A stretch of DNA of 47,298 nucleotides from contig JBAQDW010000495.1 of NCBI GenBank assembly GCA_049286445.1, positions 1 through 47,298 on the forward strand, given 5' to 3'. The DNA comes from Rhodoferax sp. Its GTDB lineage: Bacteria; Pseudomonadota; Gammaproteobacteria; Burkholderiales; Burkholderiaceae_C. A program made the position numbers and the translations under genes. The notes beneath the pieces were generated by a model, which saw nothing but the letters and a program-made list of their open reading frames with translations, did not search any database and was not told where the DNA came from. Positions 28,723 through 38,720 of this stretch are shown piece after piece (the stretch's first letter is position 1; each line of letters opens with the position of its first letter).

Positions 28723-31700
28723 TCAACTGGGCAACTCCGTCCGAGCTATTTGGCTCCACCCACGGTCGAACGTGAACGTCCGGGACTGGCCAACGGGGTT
28801 CTGAATCCTGAGCACGCGAGCTTGTTTCGGATCGGTCGCGTGTTCGACCACATACAGCCAATACGCAACGCCCTTTTCACGGGCGCAGTCAAATTGCGTG
28901 TGTGATAGTCCCACAGGGCGATCTTCCAGACTGCCCGTCATCGACTTCACTTCAACCCACCGAATCTGCTTGCCGCTGCTGTCGATCTCGTAGAGGTCGA
29001 AACCAGGGTTGCCTTCCGGAGTGCGGCACAGTGATGGTTCAAGACCAATGATCAGGTCGATTGCACACCTCTCGATCCGCATACGTTCCGTCTGATCGAG
29101 GCCATCAGGATCGAGACCGTCATCATCGGGATGCGCGCCGACGTAGGAAATGAATGGCCGTCCTCCTGTATGGCCGGGAGTCCTCTTTCCCGGACCACCA
29201 TTGTTCCCGCTGCCTTTGCCACCAGAAGCACCGTGGCCACCTGAGCCACCGTGTGCGCCTCCGTTGCCTCGGCCACCACCGCGCGACATCCCAGTGCGCG
29301 AGAGTCCTTGGCTACCACGTCCCGCGCCGCTGCCCACGCCGTCGCCGTCATCGGGATCAGGTGTACCGGGCGGGATGTCAGGCATATCGTCACCGTATAG
29401 GTCTTTTGCGTCGTCGTATATGTCGCCATCGGATGGCTCATCGGCCTCCGGCTCGGGGGCTGTCGATGGCTCGGGCTCAGATGGTGGATTGGTGATGCCT
29501 AGCCGGGAAGTCAGGTCGGCCACGTTGGTGATACCGAGCTTGCGCAACAGATCGAGCGCCGCCGGATCGATGCCCGCCTCTTTGGCCAACTGATCGATGA
29601 TTGGCGGCTTGAAGGCGATCTTGGTCAGCAGGAATGGGCTGGGCTTCCAGCCAAGAGTGTCGAATACAACAAGACCCGGAGGCACGAACTCGCCGTCGGT
29701 GTTCGGTACCCAAGCTACGTGATTGAGCGTCCGGACAAAGGAGGCGTCGAATCGGGCGGTCTTTGTCTCATGGGAATAGCCCCATTTGTAGGATCCGTAG
29801 AAGGCTGCAGTGCCGCGCGCCTCGAGGTCGGCCAACGCCTCCCACAATATCTTCACTCGATCAGCCGCCTCATCGGCTTTCAGCGAAGGCAAAAAGTCCA
29901 GAAGCTGCGTCAACCCCCGAAGGGTGAAGTCTTCAGGCTGGCTATCCCAGCTTGCCCGCTCAAGGCCAGCTTCCCTGCGGATCTGCACCTTCTCGGAGTG
30001 CCCCAGCTCCGACGGTGTTGCTTGTGGAATGAGGTAGCGGCTTGCGCCACATGAGACAAGCAGGTCGCGGATGTCTTCACCGCGCAGGCAGGCGTATTCG
30101 TTGTCGACGATCAGGATGTGGGGCACACCTGCGAAGAGCTGCTGCAGGCGGTCGGTTGCGATGTAAACCTCGCTGGGCTTGGCAACAACGGACTTCCCGT
30201 CGCCGGTGTCGACCGCCATCACAAAGTTGGCATCGCGTAGGGTGGCACGGAGCTTTTCTTTCTGGACTCCAGAGTCTGTGCTGAAGGCGGCACGGATACG
30301 CTCGATGTCGGCAGCGTAGGCATCGTCGTCCACGATCTCTTTTTCCTGCTTGTACTTCGGCAGGACATTCCAGATTACGTCATCCACCGGGTCGGGTTCG
30401 GTGATGCCCAACAATCTCAAGAAGTCGCGTGCTTCGAGCGTTGCACACACTGCCCGACGCATCGTCGGGAAGCTGGTGGCGATGGCACTGGGCAGGAACG
30501 CTCTGGCATTGCTGTTCTCATGGGCGACGACGTGAGTACCGTCATCAAGGCGGATGATCGGAACAATGTCGAGGTGGGGGCGAAAGGCCTTCCCCTGACC
30601 GCTCAGGAATTCATACAGTCGCAGCACCCATTCATCGGGTTGAGCCTCGAGAAATGCCTTGGTCAGACTTGGCACCAACTTCTCCGGCCTGATCTCGTCG
30701 ATGTCGAGTTCGCGCATCAGGTACTGGCGAATCTCGGGCGCTTTATCCTGCGTGATGTCGCCAGATAGCCAAGCGGCGACCTCCGAGCCAAATAGCACCG
30801 CGACCTGTTCTGGGCTAAACAGATTACGCAAGTCTTGCGTACGTGCCAGCTTTGCCTGCGAGGCAGAGACGTAGCCGCTATCGTAGGTAGGCAGCAGCGC
30901 CTCTTTCCGAAATGTCTGTCGAACCGTATTGAACATCGGCGCAAACCGCGAGCCTTGCGGGAACTTCTCACGGTCAAGCGGCAGACAGCGCAGCGCCGAA
31001 ACATCGAGCATCACCTCATCGCGCATCCAGCGCATCGCCTCTACCAGTAGGCTGGCCGTTTCCTGGACTAGATGCTGGTTCCATGGGTCGCCGGGCGGGA
31101 TGTTTTCCCGGCTGGGCGTGGTGCGATATGGCCCCTGCACGAGAAAGCCAAGGTGGGTCTCGACCACGGTCGGGAAGAACACCACTAGCGGTGACGTTGG
31201 TAACGGCTGCACCGACCAACGACCGTAGGCAGCTTGGGAGGCGATCAGGGAAAACGCGATCTCCACCCGACCTGCCTTCTTCTGCTCGCCCGTGAAAACG
31301 TCGCGGTGGAACACCAGCCAGTTCTGGTCAACATCATCTTGTCCGGTCTCATGGCCGATCACAGTGACGTGCTGGACGTTGGGCCCGAGCGCCTCCGGCG
31401 GGTTGCGTATGTAAAAACCGGATGCACCGCCTTCGACGCTCCAGTTGATCTCCTCGATGTTGCGCAGGAACAGCAGCGCGCCAGGGCCCAGGTGACGGAA
31501 CCCTGCCGTAATGTCCTGCGTTGCGGTCGTGTCCTCTGGCTTCAGGGGCAAGATGATTTGCGTTTCGTCCGCTTCACGTGCCGTGCGATCCGCCCTTTTT
31601 GGAAAGACGTACCCCTCAATGGCGAAGTCCTCATCGCCAGAGTGAATTTCAGGCAGATCGGTGACGGTGTAAACGGACTTGAAGCCGAGACCAAAACGGC

Positions 31701-32043
31701 CAATCGAGGACTCGTTCTTGGTGCTCTCGGCGATATCACACACACTTCGGACGTCGGCCTCGTCGAACGGTTTGCCGAAATGAGAGAGCGTCAGGCGAAT
31801 CGGGGTCAGAGCGAACGCAACCTTGCGTGATCCGTGCCAGTCGCCGCGCCTACCGATAGCATCCTCGGCGTTTTGCAGCAGCTCAAAGATGAAGTGCGTG
31901 CGGTCATCGTACAGCCCAGCAGCCAGCCTCCCTGACTTTTGAGCGCCTTTGGTGCCGTAGCTCTCCCGGTTTTCCTCGCAAATTGTCTCGTAGTTCGATG
32001 CCACCGCCGCTCCCTCTAGGTCAAGCATCTTTTTTGATGCCAA
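28723..32043 (-). CDS. Sacsin/NO VEIN-like protein: GHKL ATPase plus C-terminal DUF3883 PD-(D/E)XK-type domain
   Basis: FELLQNAEDA and IGRFGLGFKSVY at the N-terminus; GFDLYE..WVEVKS..YWLYVV at the C-terminus. Confidence 0.9.
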   Translation of the reverse strand: MASKKMLDLEGAAVASNYETICEENRESYGTKGAQKSGRLAAGLYDDRTHFIFELLQNAEDAIGRRGDWHGSRKVAFALTPIRLTLSHFGKPFDEADVRSVCDIAESTKNESSIGRFGLGFKSVYTVTDLPEIHSGDEDFAIEGYVFPKRADRTAREADETQIILPLKPEDTTATQDITAGFRHLGPGALLFLRNIEEINWSVEGGASGFYIRNPPEALGPNVQHVTVIGHETGQDDVDQNWLVFHRDVFTGEQKKAGRVEIAFSLIASQAAYGRWSVQPLPTSPLVVFFPTVVETHLGFLVQGPYRTTPSRENIPPGDPWNQHLVQETASLLVEAMRWMRDEVMLDVSALRCLPLDREKFPQGSRFAPMFNTVRQTFRKEALLPTYDSGYVSASQAKLARTQDLRNLFSPEQVAVLFGSEVAAWLSGDITQDKAPEIRQYLMRELDIDEIRPEKLVPSLTKAFLEAQPDEWVLRLYEFLSGQGKAFRPHLDIVPIIRLDDGTHVVAHENSNARAFLPSAIATSFPTMRRAVCATLEARDFLRLLGITEPDPVDDVIWNVLPKYKQEKEIVDDDAYAADIERIRAAFSTDSGVQKEKLRATLRDANFVMAVDTGDGKSVVAKPSEVYIATDRLQQLFAGVPHILIVDNEYACLRGEDIRDLLVSCGASRYLIPQATPSELGHSEKVQIRREAGLERASWDSQPEDFTLRGLTQLLDFLPSLKADEAADRVKILWEALADLEARGTAAFYGSYKWGYSHETKTARFDASFVRTLNHVAWVPNTDGEFVPPGLVVFDTLGWKPSPFLLTKIAFKPPIIDQLAKEAGIDPAALDLLRKLGITNVADLTSRLGITNPPSEPEPSTAPEPEADEPSDGDIYDDAKDLYGDDMPDIPPGTPDPDDGDGVGSGAGRGSQGLSRTGMSRGGGRGNGGAHGGSGGHGASGGKGSGNNGGPGKRTPGHTGGRPFISYVGAHPDDDGLDPDGLDQTERMRIERCAIDLIIGLEPSLCRTPEGNPGFDLYEIDSSGKQIRWVEVKSMTGSLEDRPVGLSHTQFDCAREKGVAYWLYVVEHATDPKQARVLRIQNPVGQSRTFTFDRGWSQIARTELPS

Positions 32044-32092
32044 GTTTGCTCAAGTCTGCCAAATTAGACAACATTATTACAATATGTATCAG

Positions 32093-32950
32093 TTAACTGT
32101 CGCATCCCGGACGATCATATGGCCGCTTATGGAACAGATTTGGGTGCTCGTGGTACCAATCTTTCATGGCTTGAATAGGCGTTTTGCTCTTGAGGGCCGA
32201 CTGCGGTAATTGGTGGTTGTACAAGGCCACGTAGCGCAACAGCGTCTGCTCCAGATCCTCGCTGCTGCTGAACCGACGGGTCTTCAAGACATCGGCAATG
32301 CGGCCATTAAAGCGCTCCACCATCCCGTTGGTTCTCGGAGTCCTGGGCTTGGTTAGCCGGTGCTCTATGCCCAGCGCTTGGCACAGCTGATCAAACTCAT
32401 GGTTGCCACTGGGCTGGCGCTCTCGGGATGCAAACAAACGATCAGTGAACTCCTTGCCGTTGTCGGTCAGCAGTTTGTTTATCTTGATCGGGCAGGCCTT
32501 GTTCAGGGCGTTCAGAAAGGCCTTGGCACTGGCGGCTGTCTTGTTGGCCTTGATGGCCACAAACACCCAGCGCGTGGCCCGGTCAATAGCCACAAACAGG
32601 TAGCGCCGCTTTGTCTCGTCTTGCATCTGCGGCAGGTACTTCACGTCCATGTGCAGGAACCCCGGCTCGTAACTCTTGAAGGCCTTGTGGGGCTCTTGTG
32701 GAGTGGCCGGTTTGAGGACATTGAGATTGCCCACGCCGTGGCGGCGCAGGCACCGGTCCAGCCCCGAGCGCGAGACAGCAGAACACAGAAATTCGTGCGT
32801 GACGGCCAGCAAATCATCAAGCGGCAGCAGCAGGGTGCGGCGCAGATGTACCACCACGATCTCCTGGGCAGGAGTCAGCTGTGTCTGCAGACGGTGCGCC
32901 GTGTGCGATCGGTCGCCAAAGACCTCACGCTTCTTCCATTTGTAGACCGG
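32093..32950 (-). mobile_element. IS481-family transposase, 5'-truncated; right end at ~32098
   Basis: HMDVKYLP, FVAIDRATR, LTDNGKEF, NGMVERFN; TGTCGCATCCCGGACGATCA end read through by the ORF; N-terminal HTH and left end absent. Confidence 0.88.
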
Positions 32951-33229
32951 TTTGCAGCGGTTGCTGTCGTTTGCGGTGAAGGCACGACCTTCTGATTTCT
33001 GCTTCAGAGCAGTCGCTTGTCTGAACAAGGCGAAGAACACAACTTTTTAGGGATACCACCAAGTTGCATCTGATTGAATACTGATAGTCCATAGCTGCGG
33101 TCAATCATCGATTGACGCTGAGCAAAGCAGAATTGCTCAGCGCAACTGCCTACAGCAAGGTCAGCACCTCATGGCCGTGAAACACGGGTGCTTTTTTTAG
33201 AAGCCAATCGTCGGGAACTCGACATGTAG

Positions 33230-34981
33230 CTAATCAACTTCCACTACGCCAAGACTCAGCAGCGTGTTCAGTACCTCGATATTCTTGCTCTTAATGTACT
33301 TTCGATCTCCAATTAAATAGACAGCATCACGTGCGCGAGATATGGCCACGTTCATTCGGCGTGGATCAGCATAGAAGGTTGCTGGTCCGGTTGTGCGCAC
33401 GAATGAAAAGAAGACGATGTCAGCTTGGCGCCCTTGGAATGCATCAACTGTATCCACTTCGACGGCCAAGTGCTCCCTGATGTCGAGCTTGTTGATCGCA
33501 TCTCTCAGCGCCCGGCACTGTGCGCGGTAAGGCGTGATCACAGCCACGCTGAGTTTGCGTTGCTTGGATTTAGCCGCCTTGTGTTTGCGGCGGCGGCACA
33601 TCTCGAACAAGCTGTGTGTGATGATCTCGATTTCGCGTTGATTTTCAAGCGCTCCTCCATGCTGGGCCGGTACTCGGTAGCCGCTGGAATCGTATGTGAA
33701 CCAGCCAAAGTGCGTGAAATCGTGATCAGTCTCCTCTCGGTGGTGCCCGAGGTTTCCGTTGTAGAAGTTCTTTGAAATAAAAGAGCCGATGTGGGGCAGC
33801 ATGCGGTACTGCTTGCCCAGCTGGCCTTTCATGGTGATCGGAAGGTGCTCGAAGATCTTGTCGATCACCCCGTCCTTGATTAGCCGAGCTTTCGCCTCAG
33901 CCAACGTGTCCAATGCGTCGCTCTCTTCTTCGCAGAACGTCGGAGGCAGCTGCTTGTGATCCCCTACCAAGATGCACTTGCGACCAACGCACATGGCCAT
34001 GATCCACTCAGGCAAGGTTGCCTTAGAGCATTCATCCACGATGACCAGATCAAAGTCTTCGCTGTCTTCGTCCAGCAGGTGATCGATCTGGTTGCACGTG
34101 ACGCCAATGATTTGGTGGTTGTCCGCCAGGTTCTTGAACTGCCAGCGCGGCACCTTAACCTCTCCGTTCTCGACTTCACCTTGTTCGAGGACGTTGTAGA
34201 GCACGTTGGTCAGCTTCGGGGCTAATTCCAAGGCCTGGTTCCACACTTCGTTTGCACGGATCTCCGCAGCCGTTCCTTCGGTGTGTTTGGATTCGTACTC
34301 GGTGATGGCGTAGCGCGGATAGCGCATCGTCTTCGACTGTATGGCCTCGTCACCGATAAGGCATAGACGGTCCAAAGCGTTATCGACAGCCACGTGTGTT
34401 TCAGAAGTGACCAGGATGCGCGCATTCGGCTTCGCTTTCAGCGTTTGCAGAATGATCTCCACGATTGCGGTCGTCTTACCCGTGCCTGGCGGGCCTTGCA
34501 AGAAGTACAGGTCCTCTGTGGCCATCGCCGCCTCGATGAAATCAAAGGCGTTGTCTTTGGTGTCGCTGTACCCCTTCTGGATGGGCGCATTGATCACCAG
34601 CCCCATATTGTCGAGAGCCATCACCTGGGAGGCTTCTTCAATAATCTCCTTGACCTTCTGCTCGGCCTCCTTGGTCAGCGGTCGGCGCTGGCGGTTCTCG
34701 TCGGTCCCGTTGAATCCAATGTTGTCACCATCTTTGGAGCTTTTGTTACTGTAGTAGTGGTGCAGCAGGCGGTTGTGATTGATGTTGCTGTTGGCTCCTT
34801 GGCGGAAGCGGATCAGGTACTTGATCTGACGCTCATACTTGACGCACGTTTGCCGGTCATCCTCGGACAACTCCAGGACTTTGGTTAGGTACTCCAGCCA
34901 GTCATCAAGGTGGTCAATGAAGTCGAAGACGCGGCCTTCGGGCATGGATTGAGGCTGCTTGTAATTGTTCACGTGATCCAT
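33230..34981 (-). CDS. SF1B helicase, Upf1/DNA2-like (AAA_11/AAA_12)
   Basis: QGPPGTGKT, SETHVAVDN, VDECSK, VGDHKQLPP, QYRM, ITPYRAQ, TVDAFQGRQAD, RMNVAISRAR. Confidence 0.95.
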   Translation of the reverse strand: MDHVNNYKQPQSMPEGRVFDFIDHLDDWLEYLTKVLELSEDDRQTCVKYERQIKYLIRFRQGANSNINHNRLLHHYYSNKSSKDGDNIGFNGTDENRQRRPLTKEAEQKVKEIIEEASQVMALDNMGLVINAPIQKGYSDTKDNAFDFIEAAMATEDLYFLQGPPGTGKTTAIVEIILQTLKAKPNARILVTSETHVAVDNALDRLCLIGDEAIQSKTMRYPRYAITEYESKHTEGTAAEIRANEVWNQALELAPKLTNVLYNVLEQGEVENGEVKVPRWQFKNLADNHQIIGVTCNQIDHLLDEDSEDFDLVIVDECSKATLPEWIMAMCVGRKCILVGDHKQLPPTFCEEESDALDTLAEAKARLIKDGVIDKIFEHLPITMKGQLGKQYRMLPHIGSFISKNFYNGNLGHHREETDHDFTHFGWFTYDSSGYRVPAQHGGALENQREIEIITHSLFEMCRRRKHKAAKSKQRKLSVAVITPYRAQCRALRDAINKLDIREHLAVEVDTVDAFQGRQADIVFFSFVRTTGPATFYADPRRMNVAISRARDAVYLIGDRKYIKSKNIEVLNTLLSLGVVEVD

Positions 34982-34982
34982 A

Positions 34983-35357
34983 TCAGTTGACCATAGCTTT
35001 CAGGAGAGTTTCTACGCCGGCTGGATTGTTCAAGCCGAGGTTGATCGTGATGCTGCGGATCAGCTTGGGCTTGGCCTCATCTTCCACTACAGGGATGGGA
35101 AGCACGATGGGCTTGCCGATGATCTCTTCCACGATGGCCATATCCGAGTTGATGGAAAGCACGCCCATGTTCACGTCGGCCATGTTGGCTGAAAACAGTG
35201 CATCGAGGGACAGCAAAATTCTGGATTTGGAGAACTGAGGCAGCGCGCTCAGGAGCTGGTCACGTGAGGTGTAGCCAAGGCGCACTGCGTAGCAAACAGC
35301 CAGGATCGACTCTTTGAGATTGCGCTTGCGCCAATGGAAAGTGATTTCAGTTTTCAT
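34983..35357 (-). CDS. Small hypothetical protein (124 aa), possibly winged-helix
   Basis: 1-nt gap to the helicase and 8-nt gap to the upstream gene. Confidence 0.75.
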   Translation of the reverse strand: MKTEITFHWRKRNLKESILAVCYAVRLGYTSRDQLLSALPQFSKSRILLSLDALFSANMADVNMGVLSINSDMAIVEEIIGKPIVLPIPVVEDEAKPKLIRSITINLGLNNPAGVETLLKAMVN

Positions 35358-35365
35358 TTGGAGGC

Positions 35366-36589
35366 TTATCTGCTCTGGTTCTTGAGCTCGTAGTGCTTGC
35401 GGCGGTCTTCTCGGGTACTGACCCCGATGGCGCGATGCACATCGAAGTCCTTGCCCATACGGAAGATCTCGACAATGCAGCGAATGCTCTCGTCCGGCTG
35501 CAGTGAGGCGAACTTGTCCAGCATGTCTTTCACTTCACTGACACGTGCATATAGCTCTTTCCGGGCAACTGTGATTTCATGGCGTCTCTCACCGACTTCT
35601 TGGCGCTCGCGGAATAGCTTCTCCCGTGTGGCCTTGTCTTCATTGAAGGTGGAGTAGTCACCGCTCTTGCGGTTTTCATCAATCTTGGTGCGAATTTCCT
35701 GGAAGTCTTTTGACAGATCATTGAACTCGTCTTGGACTTCTTTCTGAATATCTGCCGTGCGTTTGTGCGCAGTGATCAGCTTTGGAACGGTTACCGTGCC
35801 TTCAATTTCGGCGATCCAAGTGTTGGCCAGCCTGCTTTGTGTAGCGGCAGAGCCAAAGTGATCACTGAACCTATCATTGATCTCACCAAAGAGTTCACTG
35901 CACTTTCTGTAATGGTCGTTGAGTTCGGTCTTGTGGAATTTGTGCTTCTCAATGAGCTCTCGCGAAGAAGCATTCAACTTGTCACGTTCGTAGCGCAACT
36001 CCTTGATCTCCGTCTGGAGCGTCATGGAATGGCTCTTCAAACGGCTTAGGTCGTGACGGATAGACTCGCTGCTGCTCTTTTGGCTGTTGCTCACCTGGCG
36101 CACGGTGCGCTCAATGAACGTGGAGCTAACGAGGATGGGTCGCTCTTTGATCATGTGGCGCCACTCGTTGCGTTCATTACGCTGGGTAAGCTTGTTCAGC
36201 TCCACCTGCAAGGCAGTAATGAAGTCCAGCATATGGAACTTGGTGGTGATTCGTTCGGAGAGCAGTTGAATCTTCTGCTCAGCGATAGATGTGTTCATCC
36301 AAGAGTCAAAGCAGACAAACATCTTGTCTTGGAAGTCACCCAGATGGGGCACATAGGATTCCGCCAAACCCAGCTGCTTATTCATGAACGCAATGAATTC
36401 CTTGAGCTCGGCATCGCGCTTCTTCTTGTACGCAGCGACCTGGACCCGGTAATCATCGGCCTGAACCTTCAGGCGCTCCATTGCAGCCTTCTCGTGCTGC
36501 TCTACTTCGCGGATCAGTGCGTTTGTCTTTGCCGTTTCTTTTTCTAGCGAGCGACCGCAGAAAAAGTGCATTATTTTCTTCAAAATCAT
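35366..36589 (-). CDS. Long coiled-coil protein (407 aa)
   Basis: E/K/R/Q-rich heptad character throughout, almost no Pro, no NTPase motif. Confidence 0.85.
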   Translation of the reverse strand: MILKKIMHFFCGRSLEKETAKTNALIREVEQHEKAAMERLKVQADDYRVQVAAYKKKRDAELKEFIAFMNKQLGLAESYVPHLGDFQDKMFVCFDSWMNTSIAEQKIQLLSERITTKFHMLDFITALQVELNKLTQRNERNEWRHMIKERPILVSSTFIERTVRQVSNSQKSSSESIRHDLSRLKSHSMTLQTEIKELRYERDKLNASSRELIEKHKFHKTELNDHYRKCSELFGEINDRFSDHFGSAATQSRLANTWIAEIEGTVTVPKLITAHKRTADIQKEVQDEFNDLSKDFQEIRTKIDENRKSGDYSTFNEDKATREKLFRERQEVGERRHEITVARKELYARVSEVKDMLDKFASLQPDESIRCIVEIFRMGKDFDVHRAIGVSTREDRRKHYELKNQSR

Positions 36590-36594
36590 AGTGA

Positions 36595-38610
36595 TTACGC
36601 CTGCAGCAAGAACTCGTATGCCTGGTCGAATCCAGTGGTTGCGGGAAGGATCAAGTCCACCCGATCTTTCAGTGCTCCATCGAGCTGCAGCTTGAGCTGG
36701 CGATCCTCAGCGCTGTTGGACAGTCCTTGATCGACCATCGCGTTCAGGTGTTCGATTTCCTTCATGTAGGAGTCGATTCGGACCTGGGCCTGTTCTTCCT
36801 TCTGCTTTTCGGCGGTAATCAAGTTGGTATCGTCTTGATACTGCTTGATCACAGGGGTGAACAACAGGTAGTTCAGCTCCAGATGCTTGTCTAGGCTGGT
36901 GCGCATCTCGCCGAATTTGTCAGCTGCTTGGGTGATAACTTCGCGTTTCGCTTGCTCGTACTGCAGGTCCATTGCGTGGATCTGGTACTTGAACTGCTCC
37001 ATCATCTCTTCCATCTGCCTGCGCTCTGCCTGATCGATCTGATCGAAGCGACTGTACATATCAGCTTGGATGGATTTGAGCTGGCCCTTGCGTGTGCTGT
37101 ACTCGGAAAGCACCGAGATCGCGCCGGCGAATGGGATGCAATCGGTCCAGGCGAACTTGTTTTCCGACAAGGTACCAACCGATGTTGCGTACTGGGTCAG
37201 CGTAATTTGCCCGGATTCAAGCTTGGCAGCAGCTTCCGTGATGTCCTTGATCGCGAACTTGGACCCAACACTCTGGAAGTGGCCAACAAACGATCCAATC
37301 GCAAGCGAGAACCCGATGGCGAACACCGCGCCGAGAGCGATAGGTCCGAGAGCGCCCAGAGTGGTTCCCAGTACCGCCGTCGATGACACGCTGGAAGCAA
37401 TGAACTGCCCAAGGAACGCCGACGCTGGCGCTGCCAGTCCGGTGGCGCAGGTAGTACCAACGATCTGAATGGTGCTACCGATGGAGAACGATGCGAACTC
37501 GATGCTGTCGATTTCGCTGTTGCAGAACTTGTAAAGGTTTTCGCCAAGCGAGATCGCGATGGCCACGGTTGCTGCAGCCACGTTTCCTTTGGTCAACTGC
37601 TGGCCAATGCTCCCCCCCATAGACGAAGCACCGGCCTTGGCAGCAGCACCACCTGCAGCTTTAGCGGCGGTTTTGGAGGCTGCTTGTGTCGCGGCATCAG
37701 CCATCATCTGGCCGAGGTGCTGCACGCCGGTTACAGCTACAGCGCGGCCAGCCCCTTTGAGTGCGCTGAACACGATGTTCTGTGCCGCCTCCATGCAGCG
37801 CTCTTTGGTCATCGGCTCGTTGCTGCTCAGAATGCCGTACAGCTCGCCTGCTGCGGCAAATGTGGCTCCCGACAAGGCTCCAGACTTAGCGGCATTGCGG
37901 TACTGCATGCCATTAAACTCTGCCCTGACCCGTGCAGTTTCCTTGTAGTCAGGCCCCTCACCCTTTTCTTTTGCCTTCTTGGCCAGCTCTTCAGCGCTGC
38001 CCTCGCCCTTGCGATTGAGCCCTGTGCTTTGGATGTTCTGGTCGTCGTTGGAAGAAATCTTGTCGGTAGCCTTGTCTGCCGTGTCTTTATAGCTATCGGC
38101 GACTTCAGGACGGTTTCCCTCTGCCTTGGCTGCGCGCTTGGATGCGGCGTCCTTTACATCCTGGACCTGATCCTTGGGGACCACCTTGCCAACGGTGTCG
38201 TACTTCTTTGGGGACAGTGCTGCAGCTGTGGAGTCCCCATCCTTATAGAACTTCACCTGATAATCGTGGCTACCGCTTGGAGTGTTCACACGAATATCGG
38301 CCACAGGGTCATTGACCTGGCCAACATCGAGCGTAGCGCTGTGGTTGAGCTGCCCCTTGGCAGCTGCTTCAATGTTGAATGAGCCCACATGGTGAGCTTC
38401 AGCAGTGAACCCCTGCTGAACATCTAGAGATTGATTTGTCAGGTCACCGCTTTTGGCAGTGACCGAATTCATGATCCCAGTCTTGTAATCAGCGAATGCC
38501 TTGTTAAATGCATCGCCCTGGAGCTGGTTGAAGCCGCCAAGAGCAAAGGAAGAACCAAAATCTATACTCTCCGATTTGCGCTTGGAGTTTTTATCTTTTG
38601 AGGGAGACAT
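36595..38610 (-). CDS. Hypothetical 671-aa protein: nuclease-like N-terminus, Gly/Ala-rich hydrophobic core, coiled-coil C-terminus
   Basis: GFTAE..H...ADIRV...YQVKFY motif; hydrophobic segment LGALGPIALGAVFAIGFSLAIGSFVG; charged C-terminus. Confidence 0.85.
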   Translation of the reverse strand: MSPSKDKNSKRKSESIDFGSSFALGGFNQLQGDAFNKAFADYKTGIMNSVTAKSGDLTNQSLDVQQGFTAEAHHVGSFNIEAAAKGQLNHSATLDVGQVNDPVADIRVNTPSGSHDYQVKFYKDGDSTAAALSPKKYDTVGKVVPKDQVQDVKDAASKRAAKAEGNRPEVADSYKDTADKATDKISSNDDQNIQSTGLNRKGEGSAEELAKKAKEKGEGPDYKETARVRAEFNGMQYRNAAKSGALSGATFAAAGELYGILSSNEPMTKERCMEAAQNIVFSALKGAGRAVAVTGVQHLGQMMADAATQAASKTAAKAAGGAAAKAGASSMGGSIGQQLTKGNVAAATVAIAISLGENLYKFCNSEIDSIEFASFSIGSTIQIVGTTCATGLAAPASAFLGQFIASSVSSTAVLGTTLGALGPIALGAVFAIGFSLAIGSFVGHFQSVGSKFAIKDITEAAAKLESGQITLTQYATSVGTLSENKFAWTDCIPFAGAISVLSEYSTRKGQLKSIQADMYSRFDQIDQAERRQMEEMMEQFKYQIHAMDLQYEQAKREVITQAADKFGEMRTSLDKHLELNYLLFTPVIKQYQDDTNLITAEKQKEEQAQVRIDSYMKEIEHLNAMVDQGLSNSAEDRQLKLQLDGALKDRVDLILPATTGFDQAYEFLLQA

Positions 38611-38720
38611 AAATCTCTTAAATAGAGTTGATTTGCGGAGTGAATCGGATGCGATTTGTAATACTTTTAAGTTTGCGGACGAAGCTTCGACGTCGGCTAT
38701 CAGACCGGAATCAACGCCTG

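Noticed and set aside
32951..33040. N-terminus of the IS481 ORF in the ORF track
   Set aside because: Not transposase-like; similarity starts at VYKWKK and no left IR is visible.
33230..34981. Assignment of the helicase to Mokosh or Hhe
   Set aside because: No kinase, PLD (HKD), DUF4011 or Vsr-like domain is visible in it or its neighbours.
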